Assembly (NCBI GenBank): GCA_036340235.1
Contig: JAYYZE010000036.1
Span: 90,872 to 154,871, forward strand
DNA length: 64,000 bases
DNA from: Bacteroidota bacterium
GTDB taxonomy: Bacteria > Bacteroidota > Bacteroidia > Flavobacteriales > UBA7312
Reading direction: 5' to 3'
Part shown: positions 1 to 9,298 of the stretch, one piece after another
How positions within the stretch are numbered: the first letter of the stretch is position 1
How the letters are laid out: every line of letters begins with the position of its first letter
The notes under the pieces: model-generated
The model's database searches: none
Told to the model about the DNA's origin: nothing
Seen by the model: only the letters and a program-made list of their open reading frames with translations
Program-made: the position numbers and the translations under genes

Positions 1-2
1 TC

Positions 3-1124
3 CCAACCAACAATATTGTTGATATAGCGGAAAATGAAGACACTCTTCAAACACCAATTATGGAATTTAGTGAGCCTATAAATGAAGTTGTTTCCATTGA
101 CATTATTCCAAACGATTCTTGTGTCAAAATAGCACTTTTACTTCCTTTTTACCTGGATTTAAACGATTCGTTAAGATCTAAAAACGGTGACTTTGTTTAT
201 CCAAAATCTCAAGTGGCTATCGACTATTCTACTGGATTTCAGATTGCTTTAGACACCCTAAAAGCCTATGGGTTTTCAGCTGACATTATGTATTTTGATG
301 TGCCAAACGACTCAGTGTTACAAACTATATTAAGTGAAAATATATTGTTTGATAGGGATATCATATTTGGCCCATTACACATTAGACATTTTGAACAATT
401 AGCCAAACATTATGGTTATGATAAAAATAAAACCCTGATTTCTCCACTTTCTCACAAAAGTGTTTCTGGTAATTACTTAAATGTTGTACAAGCCACGCCA
501 ACCGCTCATGTACAATTAGACTCCCTGACAACACATTTATTAAAAAAGTTTTCCGAAGATAAAATTGTCGTAATGGGCTTCGGCAAAGAATATGAACTAA
601 TTAAACACACCAAAGATTTATTGAGTCAACAAATAGTGTTACAAAAATGCAAAGTAGTATCACTTGACGAAAATAACATAAATAACAGACCATATTTACA
701 AAGTCAATTGGATATTAACCGAAATGTGGTAATAATACCATCAAACAATCGCGCATTTGTCAGTAGAATATTGCCTATTTTATCCAGTATGGAAGATACC
801 TCAATTACGGTCTATGGATTAGAAACATGGAATAAATTTGATAACCTTGACTTTGATGATTTGGAAAAGTTGAACGTACACATCCCAATATACACGCCTA
901 AATCTGATAAAGACTTTCATCTTACTTTTGTAAATAATTATATAGATAAGTTTGGATCATATCCTAGTAAATATGCCTTTTCGGCCTATTGGCAAGCATT
1001 ATATTTTTTATCCAAAGAGTTTAATTATTTATTCAACTTTAAATACTACAATTCGGAATCATTCAAGTCTTGTACAACCTTTGATATTACTCAATTTATT
1101 AATTATCAGCAAATTAACTATTGA
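3..1124 (+). CDS. Periplasmic-binding-protein (type 1, LivK-like fold) domain protein; 5' end lies outside the window
   Basis: The reading frame is open from the window edge, with no stop between nt 3 and the listed ATG at 60, so the gene is cut by the window. VKIALLLPFYL...AIDYSTGFQIALDTLKAYGF...IIFGPL resembles the PBP1 ligand-binding fold seen at the C-terminus of Bacteroidota LysM/PBP proteins (recognition from memory). Confidence 0.5.
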   Translation, partial: PTNNIVDIAENEDTLQTPIMEFSEPINEVVSIDIIPNDSCVKIALLLPFYLDLNDSLRSKNGDFVYPKSQVAIDYSTGFQIALDTLKAYGFSADIMYFDVPNDSVLQTILSENILFDRDIIFGPLHIRHFEQLAKHYGYDKNKTLISPLSHKSVSGNYLNVVQATPTAHVQLDSLTTHLLKKFSEDKIVVMGFGKEYELIKHTKDLLSQQIVLQKCKVVSLDENNINNRPYLQSQLDINRNVVIIPSNNRAFVSRILPILSSMEDTSITVYGLETWNKFDNLDFDDLEKLNVHIPIYTPKSDKDFHLTFVNNYIDKFGSYPSKYAFSAYWQALYFLSKEFNYLFNFKYYNSESFKSCTTFDITQFINYQQINY

Positions 1125-1195
1125 TTTGTAGTTGTTGCAAACAAGCCAATATTCATCTCCTGTAAAAAAATAGTATATTAGTAAAAAACTTAACT

Positions 1196-2674
1196 GTGCG
1201 TATTATTATTCTATTTTCCATATTGCTTTTATGTACAATCAGTTTAAAAAGCCAGACCTATAATGGTGCTACTGGCGCCATTCCTGATAATAACACATGG
1301 ACCTCTTTTACTCTGAACGTATCAAATTTAGCAAGTTCAGATTGTGAAATCATTGTTTGTATTGACATTACACACACATGGGTATCTGATCTTGACATTG
1401 AGTTAGAATCGCCAAGTGGAACGACTATAGTATTGACGTCAGATAATGGAGGCTCTGGAAATAATTATTTAAACACCTGCTTTGATGCGTCAGCGTCGAC
1501 GCCCATCGCCAATGGCTTTGCACCATTTATAGGAAGCTATTTGCCAGAAGGAGACTTGTCTGTTTTTAACAATCAAAACCCAAATGGACAATGGATTCTT
1601 TGGATACGTGACGACGCTTGGTTTGACACCGGCACATTAAATTCATGGTCGATTGAATTTAATAATTGTGTTAATTCTGGACCACAATCTGGTTGCACAG
1701 ATTCAACCGCTGTTAATTACGATTCAAATGCTGTTGATGACGATGGTAGTTGTATTCCTATATCGCCATTCTGTACGGATTCTACTTACACTTTTCCAGC
1801 ATCTGTTGATGTACCGAGCCCAGGCTTTGGTCCTAATTACGATTGCCTATATACTTCACCAAATCCAGCCTGGTATTATCTTCAAATTTCTGAATCTGGT
1901 GATTTAGTCATAGAAATGTATTCGGATCCTTTCCAAGACATCGATTTTATTGTTTGGGGACCATTAAATTCATATTCAGGAGTGTTTAATTCCCTAAATA
2001 GTTCATTAGTAGAAGATTGTAGTTACAGTGCTAGTGGAAATGAAACGGCAATTATCACCAACTCTCAAGTAGGTGATATCTATATCTTTCTTATTACAAA
2101 CTACTCAAACCAGGAATGTAACATTATTTTTCAGCAAACAAGTGGCGATGGTGCCACTGACTGTGATATTGTCGAGTGTAATCACAATGCAGGTATAGGA
2201 GCTTCTATCGATTTTTGCTCTTATGATGGTATCTCCAATTTATTTGATGTTTTGACAGATAATCCTGATTCTAATGGCGTTTGGATACCACCGCTTGCTG
2301 GAGATTTTTTGGGAACTTTTGACCCAACAAATAACTCTCCAGGTGAGTATGCATATTTGGTTTCCGATTGTGATGTAAGCGATACTGCTTTTGTAACCGT
2401 TTCTATTTATAATGCCAATGCTGGTGATGATAGCGTGATCAGCTTGTGTGATACTGATGAACCAATAAACTTGTTCGATGAAGTCCCAGGAAATCCTGAC
2501 CAAAATGGAAATTGGTCGCCATTATTACCTAATGGGTATTTAGGTTTTTTTGACCCTAACCAGAACCTTTCTGGAATTTATACGTATAATGTAACAATAA
2601 ATGATTGTACAGATAGCTCTACCATTAATATTCAGACATCAAGTGTACAGCCATCGCCAATAATCTATGACTAA
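1196..2674 (+). CDS. Secreted protein with proprotein-convertase P-domain and C-terminal repeat modules (adhesin-like)
   Basis: GTG start followed by a signal peptide (MRIIILFSILLLCTISLKSQ). THTWVSDLDIELESPSGTTIVL...NPNGQWILWIRDDAWFDTGTLNSWSIEF is a P-domain signature (PF01483 type) with no adjacent S8 protease domain. A Cys-bounded CTDSTAVNYDSNAVDDDGSC module follows, then two about 75-aa repeats. Confidence 0.75.
   Translation: MRIIILFSILLLCTISLKSQTYNGATGAIPDNNTWTSFTLNVSNLASSDCEIIVCIDITHTWVSDLDIELESPSGTTIVLTSDNGGSGNNYLNTCFDASASTPIANGFAPFIGSYLPEGDLSVFNNQNPNGQWILWIRDDAWFDTGTLNSWSIEFNNCVNSGPQSGCTDSTAVNYDSNAVDDDGSCIPISPFCTDSTYTFPASVDVPSPGFGPNYDCLYTSPNPAWYYLQISESGDLVIEMYSDPFQDIDFIVWGPLNSYSGVFNSLNSSLVEDCSYSASGNETAIITNSQVGDIYIFLITNYSNQECNIIFQQTSGDGATDCDIVECNHNAGIGASIDFCSYDGISNLFDVLTDNPDSNGVWIPPLAGDFLGTFDPTNNSPGEYAYLVSDCDVSDTAFVTVSIYNANAGDDSVISLCDTDEPINLFDEVPGNPDQNGNWSPLLPNGYLGFFDPNQNLSGIYTYNVTINDCTDSSTINIQTSSVQPSPIIYD
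2216..2640 (+). repeat. Two tandem protein-level repeat modules inside the P-domain protein
   Basis: CSYDGISNLFDVLTDNPDSNGVWIPPLAGDFLGTFDPTNNSPGEYAYLV... aligns by eye with LCDTDEPINLFDEVPGNPDQNGNWSPLLPNGYLGFFDPNQNLSGIYTYNV... (pattern C..d..NLFD...nPD.NG.W.P.L...LG.FDP..N..G.Y.Y.V). Confidence 0.5.
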
Positions 2675-2708
2675 TTTTTAGTATTTTTGTAACTTAATAA
2701 TTCAAATT

Positions 2709-3314
2709 ATGAAACATTTTTTCCTACTACCTTTATTGATGATATTTATATTTACAATTACTTGTAAAGGTCAGCAAACTATTTGTGAGGATGTGGCTGG
2801 TCTCGAAACCTATTCGGTTGCTCCTTCTAACCCTGCTAATACATTTTTATGGTCTTCTAGTTCGGCATCAGTGGTTTTTAGCTCTACCAACACTTTAACT
2901 ACTTCAGTAAACTGGAGTGGAGTAAATGCTGGTGTGTATACTATTTCTTTTACTGAAACCAACTCTATAGGTTGTGATAGTACTGTTAATTTAACAGTTA
3001 CAATTAATTCTTCTCCTAGTTTGACTATTGCTACCGTTGAAGTTTGTGAAGGAACAGTAATTGCACAAGTTACAGCCAATGTGGTTAATGGTACTCAACC
3101 CATTACTTATAATTGGGGCCAGCCAGGCAATACAGCAACTGAAAACCTAGACTTGGACCTAGTAGGCACTGGTTACAATGGAGGAGACATTTCTTCAGTA
3201 TTAAATCTAACCCAATCGGTTACTGCTACCGATGCAAATGGGTGTTCGGCTACTGTTAATACCAACATAGTAGATGTGGTACCAAATCCAGAACCCGGTG
3301 TTATAACATTCTAA
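2709..3314 (+). CDS. Secreted Ig-like / SprB-repeat-like surface protein
   Basis: Own signal peptide (MKHFFLLPLLMIFIFTITCKGQ). Motifs ETNSIGCDSTVNLTVTIN and VTATDANGCSATVNTNIV resemble SprB-type repeats (xTDxNGCxxT). Ser/Thr/Asn-rich beta-type composition. Confidence 0.55.
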   Translation: MKHFFLLPLLMIFIFTITCKGQQTICEDVAGLETYSVAPSNPANTFLWSSSSASVVFSSTNTLTTSVNWSGVNAGVYTISFTETNSIGCDSTVNLTVTINSSPSLTIATVEVCEGTVIAQVTANVVNGTQPITYNWGQPGNTATENLDLDLVGTGYNGGDISSVLNLTQSVTATDANGCSATVNTNIVDVVPNPEPGVITF

Positions 3315-3315
3315 A

Positions 3316-4380
3316 ATGACTGCCTTGAGAATTATCTTTGTAACTGCATTGTTGCATTTTACATTTTCATGTTTTTCTCAATTAAAGGAGGTTTGTATTG
3401 GTGATACCATAGACTTTCGTTCCAAACCTTTTGAAGATAATAATATATTCGAATGGGAATTTATTTTAGACCAAGGAGCAAATATCATTGGTAATCAAAA
3501 TGACAGTATTCTTCGAGTATATTTTGACACACCTGGTGACTATATTTTGCAGTTCAGAGAGTTTGCTCTTAGTGACTGCTTTGGATTAGTCGAGCAGAAT
3601 ATAAGGGCGCTTCCTAATCCAATTGCTGCCTTTGAAAATAACCCTATTTGTGTATATGATTCGGCTTCCTTTATTAATAATTCTTTCTCAGAGGATGGCA
3701 TACAGTCCACAGTGTGGAAAATTGGCAATCAAACTTTTGACGATTATAACCTCAATTATATTTTTAATGAAGTTGGAGATTACATGGTTGAATTATCGAT
3801 TGTAAGTAATAGTGGATGTTCTGACAGAGAGGCCTTGCAATTTAGCATAGCTGATAGACCAACAGCCGATTTTTATTTCACGCCTGAAAATATAACCACT
3901 TTAAATCCTGAAGTTAATTTTTTTAATTTATCAAATGTAGGATCCGTATTTTGGGATTTTGGAGATAGTACAACTTCTTATGTATGGGAGCCTAATCACA
4001 TTTATAATTCACCAGGTTTTTTTGACGTGACTTTGCATTTGAGTGACGAATTAGGTTGTCAAGATTCAATTACAAAAACCCTTCTGGTCTCTGACGAAAT
4101 TATATTTTATTTACCTACCTCTTTTACGCCAGACGGCGATGGTGTCAACGATACTTTCGGACCAAAAGGATATTTGATGGATACATACGCCTATTATGAG
4201 TTGAAAATCTTTAATCGCTGGGGAGAGTGTATTTTCATGTCTAATGATTTAAATAATAGCTGGGATGGTACCAAAAATAACAGAGATGTACAAACTGGTC
4301 TTTACCATTGGTCGCTTCGAATCAATAATAGTTTTGGAAAAAAAGTTAGAGAGATAGGAGAGCTGACGCTCATTAGGTAA
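3316..4380 (+). CDS. PKD-domain protein with T9SS type B (gliding-motility-associated, CHU_C) C-terminal sorting domain
   Basis: Signal peptide present. PKD-like segments include FWDFGDSTTS...HIYNSPGFFDVTLHLSDELGCQDS. The C-terminus IFYLPTSFTPDGDGVNDTFGPKG...LKIFNRWGECIF...WDGT...GLYHWSL matches the TIGR04131-type domain. Confidence 0.8.
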   Translation: MTALRIIFVTALLHFTFSCFSQLKEVCIGDTIDFRSKPFEDNNIFEWEFILDQGANIIGNQNDSILRVYFDTPGDYILQFREFALSDCFGLVEQNIRALPNPIAAFENNPICVYDSASFINNSFSEDGIQSTVWKIGNQTFDDYNLNYIFNEVGDYMVELSIVSNSGCSDREALQFSIADRPTADFYFTPENITTLNPEVNFFNLSNVGSVFWDFGDSTTSYVWEPNHIYNSPGFFDVTLHLSDELGCQDSITKTLLVSDEIIFYLPTSFTPDGDGVNDTFGPKGYLMDTYAYYELKIFNRWGECIFMSNDLNNSWDGTKNNRDVQTGLYHWSLRINNSFGKKVREIGELTLIR

Positions 4381-4995
4381 TTACCTCAAATCTATTACAT
4401 CTACACCTGGATATTTAGCTAAGCTGAATTTAAAAAAATCTTCAGAAAACGATTTGTTTGTTAAGAACTTATCAATGACGTAGGTGTACTGACTGCCTTG
4501 TTTATCGATCATAGTGAATGAGCTGATTTCCATTTTTGACTTATGAATTTTCATTTCTACTTTGGAAAATGGACCATTTTTTGTTGGAAATAAATTGATA
4601 TTGTGATACTTTCCGTCATCACTAACGTACTTGTATTTATAGCCATTTTCGTATATTGTAAATAAACTGGATGGATTTAATGTTTCGTCTTCATTGCCAT
4701 CGGAGATATTCACTTCATTTTCTTCGATTAAATAAATCCAGGTACTTTCACCATCTGAAATGATAAGTTGGTCATCAGTTTTGAGTTTAAAAGCGTTTCC
4801 TTTGACATAGATTATTCCTTTTTGACTTTCATTGACTTGGGCGATTTCACTATAAAATACATTAGTGAAATGAGCTTCAATAGACGAATAAGAGCTAGTT
4901 TTTTGGCTTAGTTTATCGAGAATGATTTTAGCTGTTTGTTCTTGACCAAATGAAAGTAAAGGAAATACAAAAAGGAGTAATGCAAATCGTATCAT
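4381..4995 (-). CDS. lolA: Outer-membrane lipoprotein carrier protein LolA-like
   Basis: Signal peptide, about 200 aa, with LolA-like beta-rich sequence (GIIYVKGNAFKLKTDDQLIISDGESTWIYL). It lies directly downstream of ftsK with a 4-nt ATGA-type overlap, which is the classical ftsK-lolA synteny. Confidence 0.75.
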   Translation of the reverse strand: MIRFALLLFVFPLLSFGQEQTAKIILDKLSQKTSSYSSIEAHFTNVFYSEIAQVNESQKGIIYVKGNAFKLKTDDQLIISDGESTWIYLIEENEVNISDGNEDETLNPSSLFTIYENGYKYKYVSDDGKYHNINLFPTKNGPFSKVEMKIHKSKMEISSFTMIDKQGSQYTYVIDKFLTNKSFSEDFFKFSLAKYPGVDVIDLR

Positions 4996-7304
4996 AAGTC
5001 AGTGTTGTTTAAGTTATTTAATAGTTCTTCTAACGCCATTTCATCACGTATTAGTACCTGTCGTGCTTTACTTCCCTCAAATGGCCCGACGATTCGAGCT
5101 GCCTCAAGTTGATCGATAATTCGTCCTGCTCTGTTGTACCCTAACTTCAACTTACGTTGTATCAGGGAGGTAGAACCTGATTGATGTTGTACCACAACTT
5201 TTGCTGCTTCCTCAAACATGGAATCCCTGTCGTCAAGGTCAGAACTTGACGATCCACCTTCAGCGTCTCCAACATACTCGGGTAATAAGAAAGCTTCTGG
5301 ATAAGCCCTTTGATTTCCAATATAGTCGGTTATCTTTTCTACTTCTGGAGTGTCAATAAACGCACATTGTAGCCGAATCAATTCACTACCCAAAGAGATA
5401 AGCATATCACCGCGACCTATTAGTTGATCGGCACCACCTGCATCCAGTATGGTTCTTGAATCTATTTTAGAGGTTACTCTAAATGCCACGCGTGCTGGGA
5501 AGTTAGCTTTTATTATACCTGTAATGACATTTACCGATGGTCGCTGGGTGGCTACTATTAAATGAATGCCAATAGCTCTAGCTAATTGTGCTAAGCGGGC
5601 AATTGGTGTTTCGACTTCTTTACCGGCTGTCATTATCAAATCGGCAAACTCATCTATCACCAGTACTATGTAAGGCAAATATTTATGGCCATCATTTGGA
5701 TTGAGTTTTCTGGCAATGAATTTTTTATTGTATTCCACAATATTTCTGCAATGCGCAACTTGAAGTAAATCATAACGTTGATCCATTTCAATACACAATG
5801 AGTTAAGGGTATTAATGACCTTTTTAGTATCGGTAATGATTGCTTCTTCTGAGTCAGGAAGTTTGGCCAAAAAGTGTCTTTCTATTTTATTAAACAGCGT
5901 TAATTCTACTTTTTTAGGATCGACCAGTACAAACTTGACCTGAGCAGGGTGTTTTTTGTACACTAATGAGGCTAATATGGCGTTTAATCCTACTGATTTT
6001 CCCTGACCGGTAGCTCCAGCCATTAGAAGGTGAGGCATTTTGGACAAATCTGCCACAAAGGTTTCGTTTGAGATAGTTTTGCCGAAAGCAACAGGTAGTT
6101 CCATTTCGCTATTTTGAAATTTGTCTGATGAGATGACGGTTTTCATTGAAACAGTTGCTGGATTTTGGTTAGGTACTTCTATACCTATAGTACCTTTGCC
6201 AGGAATTGGAGCAATAATCCGAATTCCCAATGCAGATAAACTAAGAGCGATATCGTCCTCTAAGTTTTTAATTTTTGATATTCTGATACCGGCTTCGGGA
6301 ACAATTTCATAAAGAGTAATGGTTGGCCCAATGGTGGCACTGATAGATTCAATACTAATTTTGTAATTAGCTAGGGTCTCTACAATTCTATTTTTATTGG
6401 CCTCAAGCTCACTCTTGTCTATTTCAATTTTGCCTGAACCATAATCATTTAGTAAGTTAACTTTTGGAATTTTATAATTTGATAAATCCAGAGTTGGATC
6501 ATAATCTCCTAAATCTTCTAATTTCGTTTTTATATCCTTAGAGCTGATAGTATCTTCTTCATTGACGTGTACTTCAATGCTAATTTCGTGATCTTTATTT
6601 TCAAGAATTGTTGCGTCGGTCTTACCGCCTGTGGTTATATCTTCATTAATAGGTTCAATTGATGGTTCCGTTTCTTTGATGGAGGACTCCGTTTCTAATC
6701 CGACTTCTTGTTTCTCTTCGTTTTCTGACAGCAGCGCCTCCGAAAGGTCATTTTTTTCTGATTTCCTTGATGAAAATCTTGGATTGAATTTGATAATTAC
6801 AAATACTAATAAGGATAAGAAAAGGAAAAAGCCAGTGCCCACTTTTCCAATGTTGAGATCCAAAAAAGCGTTCATTTCACTACCGAAGACCCCACCCAAA
6901 ACCGATGGTGGTGTGAAAAAACCAAAAAAAAGAGAAATCCAAGTGATGAGAACTAGTCCAATGTTGAAACTTTTAAATACGCTAAAGAGCTTATTTTTAA
7001 AGACTAAGAATAACCCCCAGTTGAACATTATTACTGGAAATATGAAGGATGAAAGTCCAAACCATTGGTACAGAAATAGGTTTGAAACACGATGTCCAAA
7101 AACACCACCAAAGTTACTAATTTCATCAGTAAATTGACCTAGTTTATCCTGATCAATGTGTCCGTTTATTAAAAAAGAAATAAAGACAATTATCAGATAC
7201 AGCGAAGAAAACAAAAACAAAAAACCGAAAACTTTCTTTATTCTTTCATCTTCAATTTTAAATAGTGAGGAAAATCGTTCTAGTATATATTTTATTTTTT
7301 TCAT
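4992..7304 (-). CDS. ftsK: DNA translocase FtsK/SpoIIIE
   Basis: N-terminal transmembrane helices are followed by an acidic linker. The motor domain has Walker A (GATGQGKSVGLN) and Walker B (YIVLVIDEFADL). The C-terminal gamma winged-helix reads SGSTSLIQRKLKLGYNRAGRIIDQLE. Confidence 0.95.
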   Translation of the reverse strand: MKKIKYILERFSSLFKIEDERIKKVFGFLFLFSSLYLIIVFISFLINGHIDQDKLGQFTDEISNFGGVFGHRVSNLFLYQWFGLSSFIFPVIMFNWGLFLVFKNKLFSVFKSFNIGLVLITWISLFFGFFTPPSVLGGVFGSEMNAFLDLNIGKVGTGFFLFLSLLVFVIIKFNPRFSSRKSEKNDLSEALLSENEEKQEVGLETESSIKETEPSIEPINEDITTGGKTDATILENKDHEISIEVHVNEEDTISSKDIKTKLEDLGDYDPTLDLSNYKIPKVNLLNDYGSGKIEIDKSELEANKNRIVETLANYKISIESISATIGPTITLYEIVPEAGIRISKIKNLEDDIALSLSALGIRIIAPIPGKGTIGIEVPNQNPATVSMKTVISSDKFQNSEMELPVAFGKTISNETFVADLSKMPHLLMAGATGQGKSVGLNAILASLVYKKHPAQVKFVLVDPKKVELTLFNKIERHFLAKLPDSEEAIITDTKKVINTLNSLCIEMDQRYDLLQVAHCRNIVEYNKKFIARKLNPNDGHKYLPYIVLVIDEFADLIMTAGKEVETPIARLAQLARAIGIHLIVATQRPSVNVITGIIKANFPARVAFRVTSKIDSRTILDAGGADQLIGRGDMLISLGSELIRLQCAFIDTPEVEKITDYIGNQRAYPEAFLLPEYVGDAEGGSSSSDLDDRDSMFEEAAKVVVQHQSGSTSLIQRKLKLGYNRAGRIIDQLEAARIVGPFEGSKARQVLIRDEMALEELLNNLNNTDL

Positions 7305-7313
7305 AAATGGTTT

Positions 7314-8093
7314 TTACCAATGTAATTTTTCTTTTTTTAAGAAGGCACAAATTCCTTTTTTACAATCTTCACTTTCTCTTGCTACTGCGTTTTCTTGAAC
7401 GGCTAATTCAAGTGCTTGATCAAGCGTCATATCATAAATGTTATTAATTATTCGTTTTGTGGCACTTAGTGAATTTTTTGACGTATTTTGACATAAATGG
7501 TGTGCTAAGGACATAACGCTTTTTTGTAGCTGTTCGTCGGGAACAGCAGCATTAATTAAACCAAATTCAACCGCTTTTTCAGCACTAATATATTTTCCTG
7601 AAAGCAATAGTTCTTTGGTTTTTCCTTCACCAATTTTTCTAAGAAGAAAAACACTAACAATGGCAGGAATAAAACCTATTTTTACTTCGCTATAACCAAA
7701 TGTTGCTCCTTGCGATGCTATTGAAAAGTCGCATACGGTTGCCAAGCCACAGCCACCAGCTATGGCATGACCTTGAATCATAGCTATTACTACCTTCTTT
7801 AAAGCATATATTTTCTTGAATAGCGACGTTAGCTTTTTCGAGTCAACAATATTCTCTTCTCTGGAATACGATTGTAGTTTTTGGAGGTACTCCAAATCGG
7901 CACCTGAACTAAAGACTTCACCAGTCGATTGTAGTATAATTACTTTACATGAATCGTCATTTTCAGCATGCTGAAATACCTCATTCAGTTCCTCAACAAC
8001 TTGGGTGTTGAGGGCGTTTCTCTTGTTGGCTCTGTCAATGGTTATGTGCCCAATTCTATCAACAGACTTGTATGTAACAAATTGGTGATTCAT
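7314..8093 (-). CDS. Enoyl-CoA hydratase/isomerase (crotonase) family protein
   Basis: 259 aa. Crotonase motifs are present: ITIDRANKRNALN, FSSGADL, QGHAIAGGCGLATVCD. Confidence 0.9.
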   Translation of the reverse strand: MNHQFVTYKSVDRIGHITIDRANKRNALNTQVVEELNEVFQHAENDDSCKVIILQSTGEVFSSGADLEYLQKLQSYSREENIVDSKKLTSLFKKIYALKKVVIAMIQGHAIAGGCGLATVCDFSIASQGATFGYSEVKIGFIPAIVSVFLLRKIGEGKTKELLLSGKYISAEKAVEFGLINAAVPDEQLQKSVMSLAHHLCQNTSKNSLSATKRIINNIYDMTLDQALELAVQENAVARESEDCKKGICAFLKKEKLHW

Positions 8094-8181
8094 ATTACAG
8101 TCAATAACATCCCAAATATATTCAAATTAATGCGTGTAAATAATATCGTCAGAAAGATTTTATTAAACCCTAAAGTATAAT

Positions 8182-8189
8182 TAAATTTG
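8182..8189 (+). promoter_or_regulatory. Candidate Bacteroidota -7 box (TAAATTTG) for the ctlX-like transcript
   Basis: Exact match to the TAnnTTTG consensus in the 269-bp gap. It lies 46 nt upstream of a small ORF and 174 nt upstream of the ctlX-like ATG. I saw no clear -33 TTG. Confidence 0.3.
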
Positions 8190-8362
8190 GCAGTCTTTTT
8201 AAAATTGATGATAACACTAAACGTACAAAACGAAATGAGTCCAATTGAGTCAGTCGTTCTTGGGATTCCACACGACTTTAGAGGGACAACTAGGCAAGAG
8301 GACTGTTACTATTTAAAATCTGTAGAGTATGTACATAATGGTCCTTTACCACTTAGAAGAAA

Positions 8363-9298
8363 ATGAGTCAGATTACTAATTACCTGTTAATGATAGAGCC
8401 CGTTGCTTTTAGATACAACGAACAAACGGCTACAAACAATTACTACCAACAAGTTTTGGATGGATTTTCGTCGAAACAAACTCAAGAAATGGCCTTAAAG
8501 GAGTTTGTCGATTTTGTACATGCGTTGCGCGACATGGGCGTCAATGTGATTACTGTTAAAGATACCACATCAGCAGACACTCCCGACTCCATTTTCCCCA
8601 ATAATTGGGTATCTTTTCATCGTGATGGAAAAGTTGGGTTGTACCCGATGTGTGCACCCAACAGGAGGCTTGAGCGTAGAGAAGATATTTTTGACACACT
8701 GGTTGACGATTATCATTTTGAAATTTCTAAAATTATCGATTTTACAGAGTTTGAGCAACATGACAAGTATTTGGAGGGTACTGGAAGTATGATTCTAGAT
8801 AGAGAAAACAAGCTATGTTATGCTGCTATATCGGAGCGAACTGACGAGCAGGCTGTGATGCAATTTTGTGATGCCTTTGATTATCAGCCCGTCTGTTTCA
8901 CTGCCAATCAAACCGTTAACGATAATCGATTGCCCATCTACCACACTAATGTGATGATGTGTGTCGCAAATAATTTTGCAGTAATATGTCTGGATACTAT
9001 TGATGAAGAAGAAGAACGAAGTCACGTGCTAGAAACGCTCCAAAAGTCTGGAAAAGACATTATTGAAATTACCGAAGAACAAAAACATCACTTTGCTGGA
9101 AACATGTTGCAAGTATTGGCGAAAGAACCTATATTGGTGATGTCGTCTTCTGCATACAACAGTTTAACAGACCAACAGATTAAAGAAATAGAAACACACT
9201 GTCCAATTTTACATAGTTCGTTAGATACTATCGAATCATGTGGTGGGGGTAGTGCACGATGTATGATGGCCGAAATATTTTTACCAAAAATCAAATAA
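8363..9298 (+). CDS. ctlX: Amidinotransferase-fold hydrolase (arginine-deiminase-related, citrulline utilization hydrolase CtlX-like)
   Basis: N-terminus LLMIEPVAFRYNEQTATNNYYQ and C-terminal catalytic Cys context CGGGSARCMMAEIF are typical of the guanidino-modifying (amidinotransferase) superfamily. Confidence 0.7.
   Translation: MSQITNYLLMIEPVAFRYNEQTATNNYYQQVLDGFSSKQTQEMALKEFVDFVHALRDMGVNVITVKDTTSADTPDSIFPNNWVSFHRDGKVGLYPMCAPNRRLERREDIFDTLVDDYHFEISKIIDFTEFEQHDKYLEGTGSMILDRENKLCYAAISERTDEQAVMQFCDAFDYQPVCFTANQTVNDNRLPIYHTNVMMCVANNFAVICLDTIDEEEERSHVLETLQKSGKDIIEITEEQKHHFAGNMLQVLAKEPILVMSSSAYNSLTDQQIKEIETHCPILHSSLDTIESCGGGSARCMMAEIFLPKIK

Noticed and set aside
1196-4380. The three adhesin-like ORFs as fragments of one disrupted gene.
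   Set aside because: Each ORF begins with its own plausible signal peptide immediately after the previous stop, which argues for separate genes.
4376-4385. Perfect palindrome GGTAATTACC where two convergent genes abut (4380/4381).
   Set aside because: It is only 10 nt and is created by two back-to-back TAA stop codons. It is too short and AT-rich to be a terminator or a confident binding site.
6631-7137. 168-aa ORF antisense to ftsK.
   Set aside because: It lies within the ftsK linker and transmembrane region and is a lysine/serine-rich shadow of an AT-rich coding strand. I found no start context or motif.
8252-8277. Hairpin in the ctlX-like leader as a possible riboswitch.
   Set aside because: It has a 6-bp stem with a 14-nt loop and resembles no riboswitch class I know. 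It is reported only as part of the low-interest leader finding.
9259-9297. Longer N-terminal extensions offered by the ORF track for argS (9259), the PorE-like gene (29727), meaB (36545), pruA (41438), nqrA (42911) and the CsgG-like gene (27242).
   Set aside because: Each extension overlaps the upstream gene or a candidate promoter. Internal ATGs give canonical N-termini or signal peptides, with tight non-overlapping or 1-4 nt overlapping spacing.
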